A DNA stretch of 32,000 bases from Dickeya dadantii NCPPB 898 (GTDB lineage Bacteria > Pseudomonadota > Gammaproteobacteria > Enterobacterales > Enterobacteriaceae): assembly GCF_000406145.1 (NCBI RefSeq), contig NZ_CM001976.1, positions 4,207,472-4,239,471 on the forward strand, in the 5' to 3' direction. The translations under genes were made by a program, and so were the position numbers. The notes beneath the pieces were generated by a model. It saw nothing but the letters and a program-made list of their open reading frames with translations. It was not told the origin of the DNA and searched no databases. Below are positions 8,611 through 16,688 of this stretch, in pieces (position 1 is the stretch's first letter; each line of letters opens with the position of its first letter).

Positions 8611-9343
8611 CCAGCGCCTCCGCTTCCGGCAGCGGCACGGCCGGACGAATCGCCTCACAGCGCAGCAGATGCAGGCCCAGTTCGGTCTCCACCGGTTCGC
8701 TCAGCTCCCCCACCGCCAGCGCAAACAGGCAACGCTCCAGCGCCGGAAACAACAGGCCGCGGCTGACCCAGCCCATCAGCCCCCCCTCCAACGCGGTCGG
8801 GCAGTGGGAATGGCGCTGCGCCAGCGACGCAAAGCCGTCCGGATCGGCACGCAACTGACGTAACATCCCCGCCACCTGTTGATCGACCGCCGGGCGGTTA
8901 CCATCGACAGTCAGCAGTAGATGGCGGGTCAGCCGCTGCTCCGGTCGGCGGAAACGGTCGGCGTGCTGTCGATACCAGCGCCGAACCTCCGCCGGTTGCG
9001 GTTCGTCGGCCTGCGCGCCGACGCTCGCCAGTTGCAATTCCATCAACGAGTGATGCAGCACAATGGCCCGCTGCTCGTCGGCGGAAAACCCGGCGCTAAC
9101 CAGCTCCTGCGCCAGCTGTTGCGCCACCTGCTGCAATTGCGCGCTTGTCGCGGTCAGCGACTGTTGGCAGGCCGCCGCCGCCACTGCCTGCTCCAGCGCC
9201 AGCTGGCGCAGCAGTTGACGCTCAAAACGCGGCAGCTCCGCCTCAGGTAGTTGCTCCGGTAGACAATGCCAACGGGTCTGCGCCAGCCGCAGGCGGCTAA
9301 AGCGCTGCCAGGCCGGCGGCGTCATGCTTTCTCGCCCGGTCAT
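8531..9343 (-). CDS. nifM: NifM, parvulin-type PPIase required for NifH maturation
   Basis: ..RPEQRLTRHLLLTVD..LAQRHSHCPTALEGG..GWVSRGLL.. matches K. pneumoniae NifM. The ATG at 9343 overlaps the nifZ stop (ATGA). The ORF-track extension to 9655 was rejected. Confidence 0.9.
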   Translation of the reverse strand: MTGRESMTPPAWQRFSRLRLAQTRWHCLPEQLPEAELPRFERQLLRQLALEQAVAAAACQQSLTATSAQLQQVAQQLAQELVSAGFSADEQRAIVLHHSLMELQLASVGAQADEPQPAEVRRWYRQHADRFRRPEQRLTRHLLLTVDGNRPAVDQQVAGMLRQLRADPDGFASLAQRHSHCPTALEGGLMGWVSRGLLFPALERCLFALAVGELSEPVETELGLHLLRCEAIRPAVPLPEAEALVKAGDYLRLQRQHQQQRQWLQTLLPS

Positions 9344-9783
9344 TCCGCCACCTCCAGGTTGTACAGCGCCGATACCGGCACCTGAAACTGCCGTTCGCCG
9401 AACAGCACGATGCAGCTGTCGCACCGCTCTCCCTGCGCGGTCGCCAGCACCTCGCCCTGCAGGCCCGCCGCCGCCACGATATCGCCGCCGATCGCCAGCG
9501 GCTGCACGCAGCGCACCCGGTCGCCGTACTGAAAATCCCCGGCCAGCCAGGGCCGATCGGCGTCGATCAGCTCTGACTCGCGGCAGCCGACGACCCGATC
9601 CCGATCGAGAAAATGCACCTGATAGATGATCTGATCCTGCAGAAATACCCCCCACTCGCGCACATACCCGACACTGCCGCGGCGCACCAGCAACTCACCG
9701 CGCGCCCGGCCGACGAACGTGCCGTCGTTACGCAGCGCGCGCACCACCCGCACGGCGTCACCGCACTCAAATTTCGGCGTCAT
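9340..9783 (-). CDS. nifZ: NifZ
   Basis: MTPKFECGDAVRVVRALRNDGT..GVFLQDQIIYQVHF.. is collinear with K. pneumoniae NifZ. Confidence 0.92.
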   Translation of the reverse strand: MTPKFECGDAVRVVRALRNDGTFVGRARGELLVRRGSVGYVREWGVFLQDQIIYQVHFLDRDRVVGCRESELIDADRPWLAGDFQYGDRVRCVQPLAIGGDIVAAAGLQGEVLATAQGERCDSCIVLFGERQFQVPVSALYNLEVAE

Positions 9784-10036
9784 CGCGACCTCCGCCCACC
9801 GATTGCTGATAACTCTCCGCCAGCAGCCGTCGTGCCAATTGCCAGTCGGCGTTCTGCACATCATCCAGCGCATTACGCAGCGGCACCGCCGCCATCAGCC
9901 GACGGCGAAACTCGCGCAGCACCGGCACCTGACACCGGCTTAGTCGGTCGGCGTCGTACGGCACCTCAAAAAAGGCAAAAAAAGCGTCGGCGCCCTGCAA
10001 CGCCTGTACCCCCGGCAAACGGTAGAACCATTCCAT
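9767..10036 (-). CDS. nifW: NifW
   Basis: MEWFYRLPGV..ARRLLAESYQQ matches K. pneumoniae NifW (MMEWFYQIPGV..ARRLLAESYQQ). The SD is GGGAGGG. It overlaps nifZ by 17 nt. Confidence 0.92.
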   Translation of the reverse strand: MEWFYRLPGVQALQGADAFFAFFEVPYDADRLSRCQVPVLREFRRRLMAAVPLRNALDDVQNADWQLARRLLAESYQQSVGGGRDDAEI

Positions 10037-10040
10037 CGTC

Positions 10041-11189
10041 TCACCCTCCCTGACAGCGCAACGCCCGTTCGTCGCCAAACAGATCCTGATAGATCTGCCG
10101 CAGCTCGCTATCCCGCGGGTTGCGCTTGCTGCTTTCGGCGAACAGCCGCACCGCGTCGAGCAGCGCGTCGACCTGTTGTGCCTCCAGCCCGTAGCCCAAG
10201 CGGGCGAACACGCCGCCCACCGCCTGACGGCCGGAGTGTTTGCCCAGCACCAGCCGGAACTCCCGCCCCATCAGATGCGGATCGATGCCCTGATAGCTTT
10301 CCCGGTCATGCAGCAGCGCCGCCACGTGCACCCCGGATTCATGGGTGAACACCTGCTCTCCCACCAGCGGTTGTTGCATATCGATCGGGCGCTGCGCCGC
10401 GTTCGCCACCCGCTGACACAACGCGGGCAGGCGCTCGAAACGGATGCCGCTTGAGCGCCCGAGACAGCGTTGCAACCCCAGCGCCACCGATTCCAGCGCC
10501 GCGTTGCCCGCCCGCTCGCCCAGTCCCAGCACGGTAGTGTTGACGTGGGTGGCTCCCGCCCGTACCGCCGCCAGCGTGTTGGCGGTCGCCAGCCCCAGAT
10601 CGTTATGGGCGTGCATCTCGATCTCGCCGGGCCAGCACTGGCGCAACGCCTGAATGCGATCGTAAGTGGCGAACGGGTCCAGCAACCCCAGCGTATCGGC
10701 GAAGCGCAGCCGTTGCGCACCCGCCGCCTGCGCCGTCTGCGCCAGTTGACGCAGGGTGTCGTCGCCGGCGCGCGAGGCGTCTTCACAGCCGATGCTCACC
10801 CGCAGCCCGCACTGACGCGCCAGCGCAATCAACGCCGCCAGCCGGGGCAGCAGCGCGGAAAGCGGCTGACGCAGTTTCTGCTGCCGCAGCCGATCGGACG
10901 ACGGCACCGAAATATCGACCCAGTCCATGCCCAGATCGGCGCTCTGATGGATTTCGTCTTCATTCATCCGGCACCAGGCCATCATCACGATGCCCGGCAG
11001 CCGCCGTCTGACCAGCGCCATACGTGAGCGCTCTTCCGGCCCCATCGCCGGGGTGCCGACCTCCAGCGCCGGCACGCCCGCCTCCGCCAGCGCCTCGGCA
11101 ATCGCCAGTTTTTCACTGGCGCAAAACGCCACCCCAGGGCTCTGCTCGCCGTCGCGCAGGGTGGTGTCGTTGATGATCACCTGCTCCAT
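10041..11189 (-). CDS. nifV: NifV, homocitrate synthase
   Basis: [49 protein letters not shown].. is collinear with K. pneumoniae NifV. Confidence 0.96.
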   Translation of the reverse strand: MEQVIINDTTLRDGEQSPGVAFCASEKLAIAEALAEAGVPALEVGTPAMGPEERSRMALVRRRLPGIVMMAWCRMNEDEIHQSADLGMDWVDISVPSSDRLRQQKLRQPLSALLPRLAALIALARQCGLRVSIGCEDASRAGDDTLRQLAQTAQAAGAQRLRFADTLGLLDPFATYDRIQALRQCWPGEIEMHAHNDLGLATANTLAAVRAGATHVNTTVLGLGERAGNAALESVALGLQRCLGRSSGIRFERLPALCQRVANAAQRPIDMQQPLVGEQVFTHESGVHVAALLHDRESYQGIDPHLMGREFRLVLGKHSGRQAVGGVFARLGYGLEAQQVDALLDAVRLFAESSKRNPRDSELRQIYQDLFGDERALRCQGG

Positions 11190-11201
11190 CGCCCGTTCCC
11201 C

Positions 11202-12446
11202 TTAGCCGTAGGTCGGCGCGAACGCCGTCCCGGCCAGCGCCGCCGGTTTGTCCTGCTGCCAGTAAGGCGACAGCGTTCTTAGCCGGGCGATAATCGGCGG
11301 CAATTGCTCAATCACGTAGTCGATCTCCTTTTCACGGGTATAGCGCGACAGCGAGAAACGGATGCTGCCGTGAGCGGCGGTGTAGGGAATGTCCATCGCC
11401 CGCATCACGTGCGACGGCTCCAGCGAGCCGGACGTGCAGGCGCTGCCGCTGGAAGCGGCGATGCCGACATGGTTCATCAGCAACAGAATCGCCTCCCCTT
11501 CGATGAATTCGAACGCCATATTGAGGGTGTTGGGGGTACGCGGTTGCCCGTCGCCCATCACCATTACGCTGGGAATGCGCCGCACCAGTTCATGCTGCAA
11601 GGTATCGCGCAGCGGTGCCACCGCCGCCGTCATCATCGGCAAGTGCACTTCCGCCAGTTCGCAGGCGCTGCCCATGCCGACAATCCCGGCGATATTTTCC
11701 GTGCCGGCACGCCGGCCGCGCTCCTGATGCCCGCCGCGCAGCAGCGGGCGAAAACGGGTGTTACGACGCAGATACAGGCAACCGACCCCTTTTGGGCCGT
11801 GAATCTTGTGCGCCGAACAGGAGAGCATGTCGATATCGGTGGTGGACAGCACCATCGGGATTTTGCCCACCGCCTGCACCGCGTCGCAGTGAAACAACAC
11901 GCCGTGTTCATGCGCCAGCGCCGCCATCTCCGGCACCGGGAACTGCACCCCGGTTTCATTGTTGGCCCACATCACGCTGACCAGCGCGACGCGATCGCTC
12001 AGCAAGCGGCGGTACTCCGCCAGATCCAGCGCGCCCTGCGGCGACACCGCCAGCCGGTGAATGGTATAGCCCTGCCGCGCCAGATGCTCGCACACCTCCA
12101 GCGTGGCCGGGTGCTCCACCGCGGTGGTGATGATTTCGCGCCGTTCCGGCGCCAGATTCACCGCGGAGTAAATCGCGGTAGAGGTGGCTTCGGTGGCGCA
12201 GGAGGTAAACAGGATCTCGCTGTCATAACGCGCCCCCAGCAGGCTGGCTACCTGCTGGCGCGCCCGCTCCAGCGCGCCGCGGCACGGTGTGCCGAAATCG
12301 TGAATCGACGACGGGTTGCCGTAGTGTTCGGTCAGAAACGGCAGCATCGCCTCCAGCACCATCGGGTCAAGCCGGGTGGTGGCGTTGTTGTCCAGATAGA
12401 TTTTTTTGTCTGAACCACTTTTTTTGTCCGGATACACGTTGTTCAT
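11202..12446 (-). CDS. nifS: NifS, PLP-dependent cysteine desulfurase
   Basis: ..IYLDNNATTRLDPMVLEAMLPFL..SCSAHKIHGPKG..SSGSACTSGSLEPSHV.. matches K. pneumoniae NifS. The start at MNNVYPDKKSGSDKK follows the SD GAGGA. The extension to 12578 overlaps nifU and was rejected. Confidence 0.95.
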   Translation of the reverse strand: MNNVYPDKKSGSDKKIYLDNNATTRLDPMVLEAMLPFLTEHYGNPSSIHDFGTPCRGALERARQQVASLLGARYDSEILFTSCATEATSTAIYSAVNLAPERREIITTAVEHPATLEVCEHLARQGYTIHRLAVSPQGALDLAEYRRLLSDRVALVSVMWANNETGVQFPVPEMAALAHEHGVLFHCDAVQAVGKIPMVLSTTDIDMLSCSAHKIHGPKGVGCLYLRRNTRFRPLLRGGHQERGRRAGTENIAGIVGMGSACELAEVHLPMMTAAVAPLRDTLQHELVRRIPSVMVMGDGQPRTPNTLNMAFEFIEGEAILLLMNHVGIAASSGSACTSGSLEPSHVMRAMDIPYTAAHGSIRFSLSRYTREKEIDYVIEQLPPIIARLRTLSPYWQQDKPAALAGTAFAPTYG

Positions 12447-12481
12447 GGTTTTTTCCTCATGCCTGTCTGCCTGACGACCAC

Positions 12482-13309
12482 TTACGCCGCCACCACGTCC
12501 ATATACTGCCCGGTGCGCTCCACCAGCTTCTGCTGCAGCCAGGCCAGCGTCATGTCGGTCATCATGCAGCCGTTGCAACTGCCGGACAGGCTCACCGTGA
12601 CCTGACGCTCGCTGACATTCACCAGTGACATATCGCCGCCGTCGGCCTGAATATGCGGCCGCAGCTCCGCCACCGCCTCCGCCACCTGTTGCCAGCGCGC
12701 ATCCTTCACCACTATCGCCGCCGCAGCCGGCGTCGCCTCGTGCTCGCTCAGGATCTGCGCCAGCGCCAGCTCGATCTTTTCATGGCAGGCGCTGCAACCG
12801 CCGCCCGCTTTGGTGTAGTTGATCACTTCCTGCAACGTCGTCAGGCCGTTAGCCACCACCGCGCGGCGGATCTGCCCTTCATCCACCGCAAAGCATTTGC
12901 AGATCAGCGCCCCTTCCTCGTGATCGTCTTCCAGCGTTTCGCCGCGGTAGTTGGCGATCGCCACCCGCAACGCTTCCTGACCCATCACCGAGCAATGCAT
13001 TTTTTCCGGCGGCAGACCGTCGAGATAATCGGCGATCTGTTGGTTGGTTACCTGTTCCGCTTCCCGCAGGGTGCGGCCGATGATCAGCTCCGTCAGCGCC
13101 GAAGACGACGCGATGGCGCTGCCGCAGCCGAACGTCTGAAACCCGGCGTCGAGGATGGTTTCGCTGTCCGGGTCGACGCGCAGCATCAACCGTAGGGCAT
13201 CGCCGCAGCTGAGCGAACCGACATCGCCCACGGCGTTGGCTTCCGCCACCACCCTGGCGTTGCGGGGATTAAAAAAATGGTCTTTCACTTTCTCGGAATA
13301 GTTCCACAT
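12482..13309 (-). CDS. nifU: NifU, Fe-S cluster scaffold
   Basis: [40 protein letters not shown].. follows the NifU domain order. Confidence 0.96.
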   Translation of the reverse strand: MWNYSEKVKDHFFNPRNARVVAEANAVGDVGSLSCGDALRLMLRVDPDSETILDAGFQTFGCGSAIASSSALTELIIGRTLREAEQVTNQQIADYLDGLPPEKMHCSVMGQEALRVAIANYRGETLEDDHEEGALICKCFAVDEGQIRRAVVANGLTTLQEVINYTKAGGGCSACHEKIELALAQILSEHEATPAAAAIVVKDARWQQVAEAVAELRPHIQADGGDMSLVNVSERQVTVSLSGSCNGCMMTDMTLAWLQQKLVERTGQYMDVVAA

Positions 13310-13400
13310 CTGCTCTGCTCCCTACTGAATGGGTGAAAACGCCGGGCACCCAGCCGCCCGGCGCTCACGCGCGTTGCATGGTCTGAGTAAGCAGAGTCAG

Positions 13401-13417
13401 AGCAAATGTGATGCCAG
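13401..13417 (-). promoter_or_regulatory. Sigma54 -24/-12 promoter of nifUSVWZM
   Basis: The minus strand reads CTGGCATCACATTTGCT (GG-N10-GC). Compare Klebsiella nifU CTGGTATCGCAATTGCT as I recall it. Confidence 0.7.
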
Positions 13418-13500
13418 TCACAGAAATAAATGCAGATCAACGAGATAGCCGCGACGGCCGCTAAAAAAACCACCACGAATGTCGCGGTTTATGTCGGGTT

Positions 13501-13516
13501 TGTCAGAGAGGTGACA
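13501..13516. promoter_or_regulatory. NifA UAS (TGT-N10-ACA) for nifU
   Basis: Exact TGTCAGAGAGGTGACA, about 100 bp upstream of the nifU -24/-12 element. Confidence 0.65.
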
Positions 13517-13773
13517 TTAATCAAAGGCTATCCTTCCAGTGCGAAAGCCTGACCGCAGGGAAATAGATTCTCACTTGGGGTGCTATTAAATAGCTTTTCC
13601 GCTTTTAGTTGGATCATAAAGAGAGTTTGCACAACACTTAACGCATACTGCATGAATGTGTATTCGATCTGAAAAATTATTTAACCATTTTAATTTTCAA
13701 ATATCTTATTTATGATATAAAATCATAAGGTTATAGGGCAGAGGGAAAATGGATTTTTTCATAAGGAGATGAT

Positions 13774-14577
13774 ATGAATGCTATTGAGTCATCCGTTGGC
13801 CTTGGCGGTATAAATAGGAAAAACGATGTTACTATCGTGCAACAGTTATTGAGGAACAGTGGCTTTCCATATTTACGCGTGGATGGAATTTGCGGGAGAA
13901 ACACAAAAAGAGCAATTATTGCTTATCAAAAGTACTTCCACTTCTCTCCTTATGGCATTATAGAACCCGGCGGAAAAACCATTGAAAACCTTACATCAAC
14001 TTCGCATACAGATTCTTTACCTAATCCTCATGGAGCGACAGGAATAAACCCCAGAGGTGAAAGAAAAAGAGCATCCCTCATGTCCCCCAGCTCTCAATGC
14101 ATTTATTTAATGAAGCAATATGAAAAACTGAAAACTAAGCCTTATGATGATCAGACTGGAAGGGAAACAACATTTTGGAAAGTAGGCGCCACAATAGGTT
14201 ATGGGCATTTAATTAGTGAGAATGAATTTGAACGATATAAGCAAGGAATAGCTCTTTCTGAAGCAGACACGTTATTCGCCCAAGATATTAGCAGATTCAT
14301 ACTAGCGGTTAGAAACTTTGTTAAAGTGGATATCACTCAAAATGAATTTGATGCACTCGTCATGCTATCTTTTAATATTGGAATAAAGGATAGACAGAGA
14401 CACAGAGGATTATATTACTCAACCGTCTTAAAAATCATAAATGGTGAATCGTCAGAAAACATAGATAACGCATGGATGAGATATACAATATCTCAGGGGC
14501 ACCAAATGCGGGGGTTAGTTAACAGAAGAAGAAGTGAACTAAATGTATATCACAAAGGTAATTATATAAAATTATGA
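13774..14577 (+). CDS. Peptidoglycan-binding domain + GH24 (T4/phage-type) lysozyme; candidate T6SS muramidase effector or endolysin-derived toxin
   Basis: The N-terminus DVTIVQQLLRNSGF..VDGICGRNTKRAIIAYQ is PG_binding_1-like. The C-terminus has ..QYEKLKTKPYDD..ATIGYGH..NEFDALVMLSFNIG..RGLVNRRRSE, the lysozyme E/D/T and core motifs. The SD AAGGAG is strong. Confidence 0.8.
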   Translation: MNAIESSVGLGGINRKNDVTIVQQLLRNSGFPYLRVDGICGRNTKRAIIAYQKYFHFSPYGIIEPGGKTIENLTSTSHTDSLPNPHGATGINPRGERKRASLMSPSSQCIYLMKQYEKLKTKPYDDQTGRETTFWKVGATIGYGHLISENEFERYKQGIALSEADTLFAQDISRFILAVRNFVKVDITQNEFDALVMLSFNIGIKDRQRHRGLYYSTVLKIINGESSENIDNAWMRYTISQGHQMRGLVNRRRSELNVYHKGNYIKL

Positions 14578-14978
14578 AGAAAATAATCACATCAATAATT
14601 GCAATTATGATTATTTCATTCAATGCATTCTCTAAAGAAGAGAATCCCGCCCTCCCTTTTTTCGAAGGAGAAACATATAATATTTATTTATCCTATGGTA
14701 AGTGTTCTCGACATGACATCGAATGCAGCGATATAACATATCATTCAATTAATAAAAAGAATAAAAGCGAGTTAAATATAAAAGGAAAAACATTAAATGT
14801 AGGGCCATCAAAAGACTTCAGAGGGTATATATTTAAAAATGGCTCATACACTTATACACTCACCCCTTCTCCAGAAGCAGATAATTATGATGACAGCATC
14901 TGGTTCCTGGATGTCTATAAAACAACAGACAATGGTGACAAATCTATTTTCAGAGAAAAAGGAAGGGTATCTGATTAG
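14574..14978 (+). CDS. Secreted (Sec signal peptide) small protein, candidate periplasmic immunity or lysozyme inhibitor
   Basis: Its start overlaps the lysozyme stop (ATGA). The signal peptide is MKKIITSIIAIMIISFNAFS/KE. The protein is 134 aa with two Cys. I recognise no family. Confidence 0.6.
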   Translation: MKKIITSIIAIMIISFNAFSKEENPALPFFEGETYNIYLSYGKCSRHDIECSDITYHSINKKNKSELNIKGKTLNVGPSKDFRGYIFKNGSYTYTLTPSPEADNYDDSIWFLDVYKTTDNGDKSIFREKGRVSD

Positions 14979-15007
14979 TAAAATAAAAAGAATAATTAGC
15001 CTACAGT

Positions 15008-15031
15008 AAAAGCCTGTAACAACAGGCTTTT
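15008..15031. terminator. Bidirectional rho-independent terminator between the convergent immunity-like gene and hcp
   Basis: aaaagcctgt-aaca-acaggctttt is a perfect 10-bp stem with A/T runs on both sides. Confidence 0.7.
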
Positions 15032-15059
15032 ACAAGATAAAAAATCAATTTAATATGAA

Positions 15060-15545
15060 TTAAAATTGATTATCATTCCATATACTATATCCTGATGTGC
15101 CTGCGGTTTTATGGGTCCATTCTATAGTGTTATACCGGAGCATGATAACTTCATATGGTAGAGAATCACTATCATTTAACGAATGCGGATAAGTTGCTGA
15201 TACTTCAACAATTCTGGCATCAGTAAGTTTTAATTCATAAAAAACCTCTAGTTGTCCAGCCAGGTTTGTCCGATAAAAGAAAAAAGTAAGCAGTAAGTGA
15301 TTCATTTGATGTAACAGAAACACCAAGCAAAGGAGAGGAGAGGATTTATCTATCGGTTTAATCAGCTGTATAGGATGATGGGCTATATTCTCCTCTCGGG
15401 TTATCGTATGGTTTAACCCCAACACCTGTATTTGGTCTTCATGCCCTTTCTGATAACGATTTCCAATAGAATCAAATGTTGAGCACCCCGAAGAAATTAG
15501 CCCCTGCTGATTACCTTCCAGAGTCAGATAAATAATATGTGACAT
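15060..15545 (-). CDS. hcp: Hcp, type VI secretion tube/chaperone protein (orphan copy)
   Basis: IYLTLEGNQQGLISSGCSTFDSIGNRYQKGHEDQIQVL..FYRT..IEWTHKTAGTSG matches the enterobacterial Hcp pattern (..IEGQTQGLITAGA.T.DSIG....GHEDE..). It is 161 aa. Confidence 0.85.
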   Translation of the reverse strand: MSHIIYLTLEGNQQGLISSGCSTFDSIGNRYQKGHEDQIQVLGLNHTITREENIAHHPIQLIKPIDKSSPLLCLVFLLHQMNHLLLTFFFYRTNLAGQLEVFYELKLTDARIVEVSATYPHSLNDSDSLPYEVIMLRYNTIEWTHKTAGTSGYSIWNDNQF

Positions 15546-15862
15546 TGATTACCATCCTTGTGAAAATAATATAATCGCACCATATTAATAGTGTTCATGG
15601 ATAGTACATCAAAAAAATTCAAAAAATAAATTAAATTAGCAAATAAGTATATAATCTCTTGGATAGTTTCCTATGGGTATACTGCATTCATTACTTAAAT
15701 AACGGCGATCAATTATATCAAGTGAGATTATAACTGCTGGCGTCGTTATAGGACTTGCTGCTGCCCTAACCCGGAACAATTTTAAAACCAGAGCCTCGAT
15801 TAAGGATGCGCCTATTTTTCGTGGGTAAAATCAAATTCACCGGCTAACCATGACAAGCAAAA

Positions 15863-16090
15863 CTATGTTTTCTTTTTCAAAAACACGCCAACCAGGTACG
15901 TTACGGCAAAAGATAAAACGGACGATATCAGTACCTTGATAACCAATACTGAAAAATAGAAATCATCCATCGCTTCTTCGCCATCGCCGCTGATAGTCAG
16001 GTGGCTCATAACAAAATCCCTTAATGCCTGTTCAGGCAGGATAGATGCGAACAAGAAGAGCAAAATAAGAAAATAAATTATATTTTTCAT
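15863..16090 (-). CDS. Hypothetical small two-TM membrane protein
   Basis: MKNIIYFLILLFLFASILP.. is followed by a second hydrophobic helix (VLVIKVLISSVLSFAVTYLVGVFL). There is no clear SD. The TTG start at 16114 in the ORF track is less likely. Confidence 0.4.
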   Translation of the reverse strand: MKNIIYFLILLFLFASILPEQALRDFVMSHLTISGDGEEAMDDFYFSVLVIKVLISSVLSFAVTYLVGVFLKKKT

Positions 16091-16161
16091 AAAATTACGC
16101 AAAAATTCCAACACAACGCCAGTCGGTCGCGTTTCGAACAGCGCAACGCCCTGGCCTCAGG

Positions 16162-16186
16162 GACAAGGCTCATGACGAGCCTTGTC
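16162..16186 (-). terminator. Perfect 10-bp hairpin downstream of nifX (possible end of nifENX transcript)
   Basis: gacaaggctc-atgac-gagccttgtc lies about 35 nt after the nifX stop. No U-tract follows. Confidence 0.35.
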
Positions 16187-16220
16187 ACGCGGCAACCCCA
16201 GAAGCTTACATAACCCTCAC

Positions 16221-16688
16221 TCACAACACATCATCCTCCTCGCTCCACTGCTGTTCGGCGATCAACCGATCGAAACGATCAGGGTCGCGCTGGCGGCGGG
16301 CAACGCGCTGATCGTCGTCGTGCCAGCACTGTTGAATTTGTTGTAGCAGTTGGGCGATCGGCGTGTCGGCCGGTACGCGCACCGCCCGCACCCCCACCTG
16401 CAGCAACTGGCGGAACACGGCGTCGCCAATCGCCACGCAATACAGCGTGACGCAATCTTCCAGTGCGTCGATGCGACAGGTGAGTTTGTCCTCCTGATGG
16501 CCGTAGCGCACGTTGAAATCCACCACTTTCAGCAGCGTGACCTGATCTTCCTTTACGCCGTAAACCACCAGCCGGGGCGTGGCGCCAAAGTGCTGATCGA
16601 CATGGTGATAGTCAGAACTGGCGAACGCCACCTTCATGGACCACACGCCCGCGCTGATGGCGCTGAGATGCCGGTTAATATGCTGCAT
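16221..16688 (-). CDS. nifX: NifX
   Basis: ..WSMKVAFASSDYHHVDQHFGATPRLVVYGVK..CVAIGDAVFRQLLQVGVRA.. is nearly collinear with K. pneumoniae NifX. The start MQHINR overlaps the nifN end. Confidence 0.93.
   Translation of the reverse strand: MQHINRHLSAISAGVWSMKVAFASSDYHHVDQHFGATPRLVVYGVKEDQVTLLKVVDFNVRYGHQEDKLTCRIDALEDCVTLYCVAIGDAVFRQLLQVGVRAVRVPADTPIAQLLQQIQQCWHDDDQRVARRQRDPDRFDRLIAEQQWSEEDDVL

Larger units (their letters stand above)
13560..16115. other. AT-rich foreign island inserted between the nifU regulatory region and the nifX 3' end
   Basis: There is an abrupt, by-eye shift from GC-rich nif DNA to AT-rich DNA at both edges. The gene content is unrelated to nif. Boundaries are approximate. 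Confidence 0.7.

Noticed and set aside
15703-15828. A stop-to-stop reading frame encoding ..EIITAGVVIGLAAALTRNNFKTRASIKDAPIFRG in the hcp upstream region.
   Set aside because: It has no start codon or SD and is shorter than 45 codons. It is probably a gene remnant. It is mentioned in a finding but not annotated as a feature.
16186-16220. An ERIC-like sequence, AACCCCAGAAGCTTACATAA, next to the nifX stop.
   Set aside because: Only about 18 nt resemble the ERIC end (CCCCAGGAGCTTACATAA, from memory). The rest of the roughly 127-bp element and its inverted repeat are not visible. This is too short to call without an alignment.
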